Source: a bacterium (lineage in GTDB: Bacteria > Patescibacteriota > Dojkabacteria > B142 > OLB20). From it: a stretch of 64,000 nt of DNA. Position numbers and translations under genes: made by a program. The notes beneath the pieces are model-generated. The model worked only from the letters and a program-made list of their open reading frames with translations. It made no database searches and was not told where the DNA came from. The stretch lies in NCBI GenBank assembly GCA_021463645.1, contig JAJTYI010000009.1, positions 189,269-253,268 on the forward strand. Direction: 5' to 3'. Of the stretch, positions 38,234-48,229 are shown in pieces; the first letter of the stretch is position 1, and each line of letters starts with the position of its first letter.

Positions 38234-38971
38234 TTAAATTCCAAAGTTCTGTTCAATAAAGTTCACAACGCTTTTATCTATTGGCTCCTTTTCAGAAATA
38301 TTCATAAAGTCGTCTTCTGATTGTTTAGCCGAGAATTGATATTTTGTGAGATCAAATTGACCTTTCCAGGCACCCGGAGACTGGAAAGAATTATTAACAT
38401 TTAAATCCATATTGGTGATAATAAAAAAATCTTCTCCTTCGTATAATTTGAGGAATAGTTGTCTAAAAGCATCAAATTCTCCTGCAAAACTAAACTTTGA
38501 GGGAATCTCAATTAACTGATTATTTGATGGCTCTGTATCATTTTTTTTGTCTTCTATGATATTCTCTCCCGCCTGCAAAGACTCGACAATAAGACCTTGT
38601 TCTATGGCTAATCCAGCTACTTTTTGTCTAAAATTAACAACTTCACTTTGTTCAGAAGGGATTATTAAGTTCACTTTATTTAGAATCTGTAGATTTTCCT
38701 CCTCACGACTTTTAAGTGTTTTGAGTATTGCAATCCTTTGATCTAGGAGCTCAGATTCCTTTTTTAGTTCCTTTCCTTCCTCCAAGCCGTCCATCATATA
38801 TTTAACATTTGGAATAATAGTTAATACTAGAATAAGAAGAAAGATAGAGACAGATACTATGGGAATTAAGTAAAAATGGAATAATTTACGATAATTTGTC
38901 TTTTTCTTTGCATATAAATAATCATCATCACTTCTTTTGTCGACTATTTTGTTGTTAATATTTTGAGCCAT
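38234..38971 (-). CDS. PilO-like type IV pilus alignment protein
   Basis: TM helix, coiled coil, then IPSE and GEFDAF pattern; third gene after pilM. Confidence 0.65.
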   Translation of the reverse strand: MAQNINNKIVDKRSDDDYLYAKKKTNYRKLFHFYLIPIVSVSIFLLILVLTIIPNVKYMMDGLEEGKELKKESELLDQRIAILKTLKSREEENLQILNKVNLIIPSEQSEVVNFRQKVAGLAIEQGLIVESLQAGENIIEDKKNDTEPSNNQLIEIPSKFSFAGEFDAFRQLFLKLYEGEDFFIITNMDLNVNNSFQSPGAWKGQFDLTKYQFSAKQSEDDFMNISEKEPIDKSVVNFIEQNFGI

Positions 38972-38972
38972 C

Positions 38973-39536
38973 TTAGAGTAGGGATTTATCTACCAAGAAA
39001 TTAAAATCTGCAACGAATTGATTACCTAACGGTGCCTGTGTGACCTTGTCTACGCTTAAATCCTTAACCATATTTAAATTTCTCAAGCTTCGAGCTTTTT
39101 CAGCAACAACTATATGATTAGTTGCTGCAATACTAATGGTAAAACTTCCATCTTCATTTCGACCATAACCGACAATACTTACATCACCTTCATTAATTGA
39201 GAATGCTTGTTCTGCTACAAGAAATACTGTTTCAGGATCAATATCGTTTTTTAGAAGGGGAGCAACGCTCTTTGTTTTAACAACTAATTCACCATGGATT
39301 CTTCGAGTTTGAGCATATTCGTTGTTAATCTTGTTTGTTTTTTCCTTGTTAATTTCTTTCCAATCATTTGTGGACCTATCGACAACGAAAGTGTTGAAAA
39401 TTACTAACCCTAACCATAAAACAACACCGAAAAAAACTAAAAACGTATAATAGACACTATAACTATCACGTCTTTGTTCTTTTAGTCTTAATTCTTCAGA
39501 TTTTTTTGGTAGGAGGTTAAATCCTGAACTATTCAT
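38973..39536 (-). CDS. PilN-like protein
   Basis: N-terminal FNLLP (PilM-binding INLLP motif), TM helix, directly after pilM. Confidence 0.75.
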   Translation of the reverse strand: MNSSGFNLLPKKSEELRLKEQRRDSYSVYYTFLVFFGVVLWLGLVIFNTFVVDRSTNDWKEINKEKTNKINNEYAQTRRIHGELVVKTKSVAPLLKNDIDPETVFLVAEQAFSINEGDVSIVGYGRNEDGSFTISIAATNHIVVAEKARSLRNLNMVKDLSVDKVTQAPLGNQFVADFNFLVDKSLL

Positions 39537-39537
39537 A

Positions 39538-40569
39538 TTATTCCGTTTTTAAAGCTAAACCTAAAGCAACAGAGAATCCTGTTGTACTTATCTGACTGAT
39601 TTCGGCTTTCATTCTATTGTCGACTTTCAAAGACATTACAGGATCCATAACATTTGCAGGTATACCCATCACTTGTGTCAAATACTGTGCCAGACCCGGG
39701 AGATTAGCTCCATCACCAACTATGTAGATTTGTTTTGGTGTGTTCTCCCTTAGATGTTCTCGGAAATAGTTGATTGTCTTATTTATCTCGTTGGTTATAA
39801 TCTTCATCATTGGTTCCAAAGCTCCGGCAATTTTCCCTTCGGCTTGATCTCTAAGTAATCCATAAGTCCTTTTGTATTGTTCTGCCTGAAGAATGTCCAA
39901 ATTAAATTCTGACATCAGTGCTTTTGTTAAAACATCAGAGCCTGTACCAATGCTTTGCGAGAAAATTACATTTTTTCCCATAATTACAGAGATATCAGTG
40001 TTCGTTCCTCCAAAGTCCATTACCAATACACCTTCATTAAAATGAGTATTATAGGTATAAGCCCTTGCAGTAGCTATTGTTTCAGTTTCTACAGCAATAA
40101 CCTCTAAACCTGCCAAATCCATAACTTCCATATATTTAGCAACAACTTTTTTTGGTGCTGCAACAATTAACCATTGAACAAAAGTTTTTCCATCTCGCTG
40201 ACTTTTACTAACTTGTACCCATTCTAGTTGAACTTCCTCTATCGTCACTGGCAAATATTGTTTTGCTTCATAATATATTGCTTGCTCGAGTTTAGACTCA
40301 TCAACTTCAGGTAATAATATAAGACGGGAAAAAATTGATGACTCGGGTAGGGCGATAACTACTTTCTTCGTATTAATTCCAGCAGTTTCTTTGAGGTTTT
40401 TAATTTCTTTCGCTAAATTTGGCAGATCTGTGTTGTTTACCACTCCACTTACAATATCAGCTCTAGCTAACTTCAATAGTTGTGCAGTATCCGTTCCCAA
40501 GTACTTTACCTGAGCAATTTTCAGGGAGTGATTCCCAATGTCTAGACCAAAGAATTCAGGCAGTTTCAT
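39538..40569 (-). CDS. pilM: Type IV pilus assembly protein PilM
   Basis: FGLDIG-x2-SLK, EAKQYLP, MDFGG-x2-TD, VGDGA-x-LPGL, VALGLAL. Confidence 0.93.
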   Translation of the reverse strand: MKLPEFFGLDIGNHSLKIAQVKYLGTDTAQLLKLARADIVSGVVNNTDLPNLAKEIKNLKETAGINTKKVVIALPESSIFSRLILLPEVDESKLEQAIYYEAKQYLPVTIEEVQLEWVQVSKSQRDGKTFVQWLIVAAPKKVVAKYMEVMDLAGLEVIAVETETIATARAYTYNTHFNEGVLVMDFGGTNTDISVIMGKNVIFSQSIGTGSDVLTKALMSEFNLDILQAEQYKRTYGLLRDQAEGKIAGALEPMMKIITNEINKTINYFREHLRENTPKQIYIVGDGANLPGLAQYLTQVMGIPANVMDPVMSLKVDNRMKAEISQISTTGFSVALGLALKTE

Positions 40570-40688
40570 AAATATATACAGACAGTTTTAGTATAAACTA
40601 GTTAATTCTAATAAGTCTTGAAATATTAATCAAGGAAAATTCATTTTAGGTTGATGAATCTTGCAAAAATTATTTAACTGGGTTAAAT

Positions 40689-42743
40689 TTGTTTAATAAT
40701 ATGAAAATAACTGTCCAAAAACAAATAAATAATATTTTCTTATCCACTTTAAGCATTTTCGCCTTTCTTTTGATTATTTTTCCTATTACTAATCCTGCAT
40801 CTGCAATGGTGAATAGGGAACTAGACTCTGGGAGCTGTATTTATGAGAAAGACTTACAAGGACGTTATAACATAAAAGTAGGTGGTCTAGGTATGATTGA
40901 TCGCATAAGTGGTGGAGTCTATAATGGTTCATTCACAGTAGAGGCTATAAACGGACCTGCACAGAACGTATATTTATATTGGACTGTTAGAAAAGCAACT
41001 GAAGATAGTACTTTGAGAGTAAGTGTTAACGGTGGTGGATTTAATAACATAATCGCTAATCCGCTACATGGGGTGTTCGGTCCAGCTGTTTTAGGTGGTC
41101 CAGGTACAACATATTGGGGTTACATTGTAGACCTTGGGACTACGGGGATAAACAATTCAGGAACAAACACATTCACAATTAGAAAAGATACTTTAGGAGC
41201 TGATATGGAATTGTTCGGAGTTGGTGCAATGATTATACATAATGATCCCACTTTACCCGTCGATAGTCATCTAGAAGTGAAATGTGGATTTGATGGAACA
41301 TTTATGAATAATATAGGTAATCGCCCTAACGAAACCAAGTGGGGGGAATGGAGTAATGTAGTTTGCCATGAATTTCCCGGGGACACAACCAAAGACAGAA
41401 GGGTAGATTATTTTGCCTTTATGTCTGGAACAAAAAGACGAACTGCTTCACCTCTGATGTACCGACCAAATGCTTTCTGGTATGTTACCGGGACAGGTTC
41501 TATTCCAGCATCGATTACTAATTTAAATAAACCTCCAGGGGTACCTAACGGAGGATTATCTTCCATACCTGGAGCTATTGTATACCAAGATTTATTTAAT
41601 GCAACATCCGAAAACGAGTGGGATACAATAGACTCAACACACCTTACACCTGATGTAAATATCCCAGAGGACCATACTTATATCTGTTTTCAAACACAAT
41701 CTAGAAATGTACCTCCTGCCACGCAAACCAATGGCTTAGGATCAAGTATGCAATGGTCAATGTCAGCATTAACATTTGCATATGCTGGTTCATCGAGTAC
41801 TCCAACGCCTGGACCATCTTCAACACCAACACCACCTCCACCGGCAACATCTACACCGACTCCAACTCCGATTGTATACTACCCATGGGTAAATACCATC
41901 GGAGGCAATGTATATAGCAGCACTTTCAATCAGACAACCCTGACCTCAAATAATATTATTAATAGTTTCTTCGATAATGTAAATTTTGCAAGTTTTATTG
42001 GGAGAGAAAGATACCTATCCTCGAATCTCTACCTTCAACCGGTAGGATATGCAATTCCATCTAGAAGTTCTGAAAAAGATTCTCAACTCAGTGATTATGC
42101 AGATGCAAATTCAGAATACAAGACAGGTGTGAGCTGGTTTCAATACTTTGATCAGTATCTTAGAAACTCAACTCCGACAATCATAAAAACTCAAATCACA
42201 GATCCAACAATCACATATAACCGAATGTCAGAAATACATCCCACCGGGAATCTGAACGATGTGGTTGTATATTTATCAGGAGACTTGACGATTGATGTAA
42301 ATATTTGTGACACAAAAAGTATTTTTCTTGTTACTGGCAATTTGAACATTCAGCCAAACTTGGTGAGCGAAGGCTTTGAAAATGGTTGTATGTTCATTGT
42401 TCAAGGTACCACAACAATATTACCAGGTGATGGGTTAGGTTCAGCAGATCCAGACAAAACTGTTTACGACCAGGTACACGGATATTTTGTGACCGGACTC
42501 TTTAGTACAGTTGCAGATCCGTCAGGAGATGGCCTTTACATAAAGGGTGGGGTAGTAGAGACAGATAATACACCGTCAATAACCGACATGGATTGGAACA
42601 GGAATCTTGGACCAATTCGTAGCCAATTTTCACCTTCTGAGATAATCGAATACGACCCAAGATATCTATATATTTACGGTGATCTTATGTCTTATGTGTT
42701 TGGTTATAACATAAGAGAGGGTCAATTCATCAGAGCACAATAG
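40689..42743 (+). CDS. Large secreted two-domain protein with Pro/Thr linker (candidate pilus adhesin)
   Basis: Signal peptide, Gly/Asn/Thr-rich beta domain, STPTP linker, C-terminal domain ending PSEIIEYDPRYL; lies within the pil locus. Confidence 0.65.
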   Translation: MFNNMKITVQKQINNIFLSTLSIFAFLLIIFPITNPASAMVNRELDSGSCIYEKDLQGRYNIKVGGLGMIDRISGGVYNGSFTVEAINGPAQNVYLYWTVRKATEDSTLRVSVNGGGFNNIIANPLHGVFGPAVLGGPGTTYWGYIVDLGTTGINNSGTNTFTIRKDTLGADMELFGVGAMIIHNDPTLPVDSHLEVKCGFDGTFMNNIGNRPNETKWGEWSNVVCHEFPGDTTKDRRVDYFAFMSGTKRRTASPLMYRPNAFWYVTGTGSIPASITNLNKPPGVPNGGLSSIPGAIVYQDLFNATSENEWDTIDSTHLTPDVNIPEDHTYICFQTQSRNVPPATQTNGLGSSMQWSMSALTFAYAGSSSTPTPGPSSTPTPPPPATSTPTPTPIVYYPWVNTIGGNVYSSTFNQTTLTSNNIINSFFDNVNFASFIGRERYLSSNLYLQPVGYAIPSRSSEKDSQLSDYADANSEYKTGVSWFQYFDQYLRNSTPTIIKTQITDPTITYNRMSEIHPTGNLNDVVVYLSGDLTIDVNICDTKSIFLVTGNLNIQPNLVSEGFENGCMFIVQGTTTILPGDGLGSADPDKTVYDQVHGYFVTGLFSTVADPSGDGLYIKGGVVETDNTPSITDMDWNRNLGPIRSQFSPSEIIEYDPRYLYIYGDLMSYVFGYNIREGQFIRAQ
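41790..41870 (+). repeat. Pro/Thr low-complexity linker (STPTP units)
   Basis: Encodes SSSTPTPGPSSTPTPPPPATSTPTPTP. Confidence 0.8.
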
Positions 42744-42747
42744 TAAT

Positions 42748-43581
42748 ATGAAAAAAGCATACAAAGGACAAATATTAATAATCTTGATGTTAGCTTTAGC
42801 TATTATTAGTATTTTACTTGTATTAATATCAAAAAATGTTAGGCGTGATACATTAGATCAGGTCCAATCTGAACAATACGAAGAGTACTATTCAGCGGTA
42901 GAACAGGAGTTACTGAAAATCATCTCAGGACAGAATCCAGCATGTCCAGAGGCTTCAATTACCTGTGATATTGAACTAACTGGATTAGAATTTAGTAATG
43001 CGCTTTCGAAAAAAATGCTATACATTGTAAAAGATGTGGTCACTACCTTTTCCGATATCCCCGTTGGAAAAGACAAAAATATAACGATACCTTTAGAAGG
43101 ATATAAGGATAATTTAAAATTTAGTTGGAAAGGACAAGTAGCGTGGGTGGTAAATATCGATTACAAATCTAATATTGGCGAATACAAAACCTCTCAAAGC
43201 ATTTACGATAATTTTAATATCTTTGAGCCAAATGATCCGATTAGTTGCTTAACATTCGTCCCTGATGGAACAAATAGCTTCACAATTGATCTTAAACAAT
43301 GCCTTAATAGCGTCGAACCTAGCGGAGTATACACAACTATATCAGTAAGGATGAAACCAATTATGAAGAATTCAAGTACAACCGAACTATCACTACTAGA
43401 GCCGACAACTGGGTTACCACCGCAAGCAAGAATCATAGTAGCAACAGCTGAAATAGACGACGACCTAGGAAATTCTCCATCAATTCAACTAGAGCTCCAG
43501 ATTCCTACTAAGGATCCTTCATTAGAGATATTGGATTATGCTCTTAGGACAAATAAGGTAGTATCAAAGCCTAAACCTTAA
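42748..43581 (+). CDS. PilX/GspK-like minor pilin
   Basis: Class III signal KG|QILII without Glu5, hydrophobic helix, then YYSAVE. Confidence 0.65.
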   Translation: MKKAYKGQILIILMLALAIISILLVLISKNVRRDTLDQVQSEQYEEYYSAVEQELLKIISGQNPACPEASITCDIELTGLEFSNALSKKMLYIVKDVVTTFSDIPVGKDKNITIPLEGYKDNLKFSWKGQVAWVVNIDYKSNIGEYKTSQSIYDNFNIFEPNDPISCLTFVPDGTNSFTIDLKQCLNSVEPSGVYTTISVRMKPIMKNSSTTELSLLEPTTGLPPQARIIVATAEIDDDLGNSPSIQLELQIPTKDPSLEILDYALRTNKVVSKPKP

Positions 43582-44180
43582 AAGTTTCTAGTGAAGACAC
43601 TGATTTGTCGATACTGAGTAGCTACTTCAATGTTCACATAATCTGAGACATTAGCAGTTAGTGACGCTAGTAAAATTCCTTGAGTGGTTTTCTCTGTTTG
43701 TTGATAGAGTGTAAGCTCAAAACGGGTACCAAGAGGATCGAACTTTAGAATGTCAGAAGATTGATAATATAGTTCATAAACACCTGATGGATTTTGTTTT
43801 AGTTTACATAACTTGTTCTCCGGGCATTCTGTTACATTACTCCCATATACCCAAGCATAATTATTTCCGGTCATATTGAAAAAACAGGCAGGGGCTGAGG
43901 AAACAGCGTTTGTACCATCTGGATTGATGAAACTGATACTTTCACCACAAAGAGTTTGATCAATTCTGCTTGAATTACGGAAGTCTCGTCTAATCATGAC
44001 CGCAATTTCTGATAAATCACCTCTTACTTTCGATCTACCAGCGATTCTTCTTCCTGCATTGATACTAAGAACTAATACTTGAACAATCATAGTCATAAGA
44101 ACAGCGAAGACCACTAGAGTCACTAACATTTCAAGTAGTGAAAATCCTTTCTTATTTTTAAAACTTTTAGTCATAATCAT
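43578..44180 (-). CDS. Minor pilin (PilW/GspJ-like)
   Basis: KKG|FSLLEMLV prepilin motif; I-x-RDFR; several Cys. Confidence 0.85.
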   Translation of the reverse strand: MIMTKSFKNKKGFSLLEMLVTLVVFAVLMTMIVQVLVLSINAGRRIAGRSKVRGDLSEIAVMIRRDFRNSSRIDQTLCGESISFINPDGTNAVSSAPACFFNMTGNNYAWVYGSNVTECPENKLCKLKQNPSGVYELYYQSSDILKFDPLGTRFELTLYQQTEKTTQGILLASLTANVSDYVNIEVATQYRQISVFTRNF

Positions 44181-44692
44181 AATTGTGTCCTGTTTTTAAA
44201 ACCTATTGATTCGGTGAGTTTATAGCCGTCTTTGATCTTATATACTCCTATTGACCTGATAATATAATCACTATTTGTAGGGTCGAGCGGATTAACATAA
44301 TCTACCGTAATCTGATTACAAAATGTTCCATTCGAATCAGGACCATCAATATCTATATAAAACTCAGATGAAGATGAACATGAAGAGTTTGCCTCAATCT
44401 CGGAAGCAGAAGATGTCGAAGTGATACCAGTAACTTGCCCCTGTAAACCTGTATTCACCTTATAAAATAAACCCTTAGTAAGATTCTCAGGTTTGATAAT
44501 TGGCGAACGGACGTATTCCAAAGATGAATAAACGAAGGCAGATGCCTGGTCTGCAACTTGGTTATCTTTGATAATTGCTAAGGATTTCACAATCAAGGAT
44601 AACCCCACTACTATGGTAACTCCAAAAACACCAATGGCAATTATTGACTCCAATAATCCAAATGCTTTCATGTTTGATTTCTTAATTTCCAT
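44177..44692 (-). CDS. Minor pilin (PilV/GspI-like)
   Basis: KA|FGLLESIIAI prepilin motif. Confidence 0.8.
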   Translation of the reverse strand: MEIKKSNMKAFGLLESIIAIGVFGVTIVVGLSLIVKSLAIIKDNQVADQASAFVYSSLEYVRSPIIKPENLTKGLFYKVNTGLQGQVTGITSTSSASEIEANSSCSSSSEFYIDIDGPDSNGTFCNQITVDYVNPLDPTNSDYIIRSIGVYKIKDGYKLTESIGFKNRTQL

Positions 44693-45230
44693 ATTTTACT
44701 TCAAAAGTATTTTTTGCTCCATCAAATATAAACCTTCTAAAAACTTCTGGATTTGTTTTATGAGAAAGCTCAATTTCACAGATAGAATCGCTATAAGTGC
44801 CGCTGTTTTCAACCTGCCAGTCACTTATCAAATTAATTAAAATCATACTATCGCACCCAACAGTGTTAAGTAAAACATTATTATTCTCTAGACTAATAAA
44901 ATTATCGACTTTTGTTGAAATCGTGCAATCCCAAAATATTGAATTTCCAATTTTTTGGCAAACTCTTCGTTCAATATCGTTTGATTGAGGAACTAGCTGA
45001 TACGCATAAATACTTTCATCATCGATGACTATGCCATCAGGTAGTACGTTATTTGCTGCATAGTTTTTTGTTTCATTTACACTTGAAGTTATCAAGTCAC
45101 TCGCTTGTTGTAACTCGATAGTTCTTCTGAAATTAGCCATTACTTGTATTAACATTGATAGAAGTATTGCTATGATTGCCATCACAACCAAAATCTCTAA
45201 TAATGTATACCCCTTTTTTATCCGTATCAT
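44682..45230 (-). CDS. Minor pilin (FimT/GspH-like)
   Basis: KKG|YTLLEILVV prepilin motif. Confidence 0.85.
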   Translation of the reverse strand: MIRIKKGYTLLEILVVMAIIAILLSMLIQVMANFRRTIELQQASDLITSSVNETKNYAANNVLPDGIVIDDESIYAYQLVPQSNDIERRVCQKIGNSIFWDCTISTKVDNFISLENNNVLLNTVGCDSMILINLISDWQVENSGTYSDSICEIELSHKTNPEVFRRFIFDGAKNTFEVKYGN

Positions 45231-46063
45231 AAATATTCAGAAATCAGTAAGAAAAATTCATCCAGTGAAAGTAATTTCAAAATTGAATCCTTCCAAAATA
45301 AAACAGCTAGAGCTGCAAAACTGATGAAAGGAACAAACTGTATTTGCACGCCATGAAGTTTACCCACTCTCAACGCTTTAATAATTCCTATAATCGAACC
45401 ACTTACAGAACTTATCAAGAACAGAGGAATAAGACCTTCTATACCTACTGCTAAACCAGCAAAAGCCATTAAATATATATCTCCCTCACCCATACCAGAG
45501 CCTTTCGTAAATTTTACAATTAAGTAAATAATTAATCCTGCAATAAGCGCACCTAAATATCCGCTTATACCTGAGACGACAAGTTGTTTATCTGAAAGTA
45601 CAATTGCTGTTAACGAAAATAGCGCAGAAATAACTAATGCTAACTTGATAGCTTTTACATTTACTTCCCAATAGAGATAATCATAAACTGCGAAAAAAAG
45701 GAAGAACAAGGAGTAAATAACGATGATAAATAAATTTAATCCAAATAATGGCTTATCTAGAAAATTATTCCATAAGTACCAAAAACCTAAAACAAAAACT
45801 AAACCTGTCGTAAACTCTACAATAGGATAAATTGCTGGTAATTTCTTTTTACAGTGTCGACACCTACCTTTGTAAAAGAAATAAGAGAGTAGGGGGATTA
45901 AATCCTTCCAGGTAAGTTTCTCTTTTGTATGATCACAGAAAGATCTCCCCGAAAAACTCAGATTATGCTTAACTCGATATACTGCCATATTGAGGAAACT
46001 ACCCCACACCAGACCTAAAACAAAAATCTGAAGAATTAATATTATTTCCATTATTAAGTTCAT
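45227..46063 (-). CDS. pilD: Prepilin peptidase (A24)
   Basis: GSFLN-x3-YR, GRSFC, DLIPLLS, GRCRHC, YPIVE, AVYD, GMGEGD, FVPF. Confidence 0.93.
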   Translation of the reverse strand: MNLIMEIILILQIFVLGLVWGSFLNMAVYRVKHNLSFSGRSFCDHTKEKLTWKDLIPLLSYFFYKGRCRHCKKKLPAIYPIVEFTTGLVFVLGFWYLWNNFLDKPLFGLNLFIIVIYSLFFLFFAVYDYLYWEVNVKAIKLALVISALFSLTAIVLSDKQLVVSGISGYLGALIAGLIIYLIVKFTKGSGMGEGDIYLMAFAGLAVGIEGLIPLFLISSVSGSIIGIIKALRVGKLHGVQIQFVPFISFAALAVLFWKDSILKLLSLDEFFLLISEYL

Positions 46064-46542
46064 TTACAAATCATTTCATCATAAGATGCTTCTCCGAAAT
46101 TATTAACCTGACCATCTTCGTCACAAAATGCTAGTTTAAAAGTATTGTCGCTCAATTCATATTTGTAACTTGTGAATTCTTTATCAGTTTTGGGCTGAAG
46201 GTCTGAGGCACCCTTCGTTGATCCTTTTAATTCTAATTCTGTACTAATTAAACAATCTATTTTCGGACAAATTAAAACTGAGTCAGTTTTAAAAAATACT
46301 GCTTCAGGATAATCTTCATTCTCAGCTTTGAATTTTTCAAGTTCAGTAACGATTTTATTCATCATCTCAACTCTCTGATTCTCTCTAACACCTTTTTGCC
46401 AAAGCGCATAACGGTTTAAAGATAATCCGAGAATCAATAAGCCTAAAAATAATACTCCAATGAAAACCAAGTACACTCGCAATCTCCGAGGAGAGATCGC
46501 GAGTGATTTTGATGATTTTTTAGTTTCAGCCTTGGTTGTCAT
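46060..46542 (-). CDS. Pilin-like protein lacking a class III cleavage motif
   Basis: TM helix, then RENQR...LEKF...YP and FKLAFC, paralleling the adjacent pilin; no G/A|F-x3-E motif. Confidence 0.65.
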   Translation of the reverse strand: MTTKAETKKSSKSLAISPRRLRVYLVFIGVLFLGLLILGLSLNRYALWQKGVRENQRVEMMNKIVTELEKFKAENEDYPEAVFFKTDSVLICPKIDCLISTELELKGSTKGASDLQPKTDKEFTSYKYELSDNTFKLAFCDEDGQVNNFGEASYDEMICK

Positions 46543-46556
46543 TTATTTATTTTTGA

Positions 46557-46991
46557 TTAAGGACAAGTCATACCTGATGTTTCATCAGTACCTGCAAATA
46601 TCTCAACATCTCGCTCATTACAATAATTCAATTTGTACCCTGGTGCAGTGTTGGAAAAATACCATTTTGTAGCTTGTGCTGTTGTTGTAGCACCTGGTTC
46701 TGCGGCATTTTTTAGAGGTACTTCAATCACATTTGCACCAGTCGAATCTGAAACTTCAACTCCTACACCAGTAGAAATTGTTCCAAAAGTTAATACATCA
46801 GGATATTCACCATAATTTGTATAATAGTCTTGTATGCCTATATTAATATCCTCGGCTGCTTTTCTTCTTTGAGTTTCTCTGGAATTTCTTTGTACTTGAA
46901 TAATACCGAAAATTGCCAATGCAATTAGAACGGCAATAATCGCCATAGCGACCAGCAATTCAAGTAACGTAAAAGCTTTTTTTGCTTTCAT
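46557..46991 (-). CDS. Type IV pilin (candidate major pilin, GspG-like)
   Basis: KKA|FTLLELLVAMAIIAVL, SRETQR, YYTNYGEYP, C-terminal Cys pair. Confidence 0.9.
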   Translation of the reverse strand: MKAKKAFTLLELLVAMAIIAVLIALAIFGIIQVQRNSRETQRRKAAEDINIGIQDYYTNYGEYPDVLTFGTISTGVGVEVSDSTGANVIEVPLKNAAEPGATTTAQATKWYFSNTAPGYKLNYCNERDVEIFAGTDETSGMTCP

Positions 46992-47014
46992 TTATAAAAA
47001 ATAATAAATAAAAA

Positions 47015-48229
47015 TTAAATGATTTGAGCAATGTTATAAATAGGGAAGTAGACTGCAACAGCTAAGAATGCAACCATTACACCTACTATCAATAACATAA
47101 TAGGTTCAATCATACTCGTAAGGTTTGCAGTCATTTCATTTACTTCGTTTTCGTAGAATTCCGACAAATCACTAAGGATTTTATCTAACGATCCTGTATC
47201 CTCTCCAGTTGCTATCATCTTGATGACTATATTTGGAATAACATCAGTTTTTGCTAATGATAATGCAATAGACGATCCTTTTGATACCTTTTCAGCTGAA
47301 TAGATCATGGCATTGCTATAGTGGATGTTACTCAAACCACCCGCTGTTGAGTACATTGCGTCTATTATAGGAATTCCGCTCTTTAAAAGCATGGCTAACA
47401 TCCTAGTCATTTCTACTACTTGAACATTGTTTAACAATACGCCTAGTATTGGCATTTTAAGATAAGCCTTATCAATGACTCTTCTACCGCCTTCGGATGC
47501 ATGTGCAACCCTATATCCTAAAACCAACCCTAAAAGAACAAGAACGGTAATAATGATTCCCACCGGAGAGGTAAAGAAATTACTTATGGCGACTAAAATC
47601 CTAGTCACTAGAGGAATCTGATCTGCAGCTCCAAGATCAGCATAAAGATCAACCACAGCCGGGACCATATAAATTACCAAAATCATCATGACTACAATCG
47701 CAGTCAAAACTATGATAGTAGGGTAGATTAAGGCATTTTTTACTTTATTTTTTAGTTTTTGTTTTTTTTCAATATCAATAGAAATCTGTTGCATAACTTC
47801 AATCAAGTTTCCACTTTTCTCCGCCGATTGGATTAAACTAATTTGGATTTCATCAAAAATTACATCTTGTTTTGCGAAAGAGGTCGCCAAAGGAAGTCCA
47901 CCTTTGACATCAAGATATACTTTTTTCAACTTTTCTTTGAGGCTAGGGTATTTTGCTTGATCGACAAGCACTTCTAGAGATTGCAGAATCGGTAAGCCAG
48001 CTTCTAACATAAAGGTAAGTTGTTTAATAAGGAAAACTCTTTCTTTGTATGGAACTCCTCCCACTTGAAGTGAGAATAGATTTTTGAAATCAAAACTTTC
48101 TTCGATTGTTATAACAATCAAGTCTTTTTCATGAAGAAAATCTACGATCTCTTTGGCTGATTCCGCATCACGTTTTCCTGCAACAACTTTACCTTGTTTA
48201 TCTGCTGCTTCGTATTTAAATATTGCCAT
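47015..48229 (-). CDS. pilC: Type IV pilus platform protein PilC/GspF
   Basis: QL-x-FMLEAGLPI, EKSGNL, ALIYP, LKSGIPI, GEDTGSLD, IEP. Confidence 0.93.
   Translation of the reverse strand: MAIFKYEAADKQGKVVAGKRDAESAKEIVDFLHEKDLIVITIEESFDFKNLFSLQVGGVPYKERVFLIKQLTFMLEAGLPILQSLEVLVDQAKYPSLKEKLKKVYLDVKGGLPLATSFAKQDVIFDEIQISLIQSAEKSGNLIEVMQQISIDIEKKQKLKNKVKNALIYPTIIVLTAIVVMMILVIYMVPAVVDLYADLGAADQIPLVTRILVAISNFFTSPVGIIITVLVLLGLVLGYRVAHASEGGRRVIDKAYLKMPILGVLLNNVQVVEMTRMLAMLLKSGIPIIDAMYSTAGGLSNIHYSNAMIYSAEKVSKGSSIALSLAKTDVIPNIVIKMIATGEDTGSLDKILSDLSEFYENEVNEMTANLTSMIEPIMLLIVGVMVAFLAVAVYFPIYNIAQII

Noticed and set aside
45930-45950. PilD first zinc motif reads CDHT rather than CxxC
   Set aside because: Single substitution with a His available as an alternative ligand; peptidase aspartates are intact, so too weak to call loss of function.
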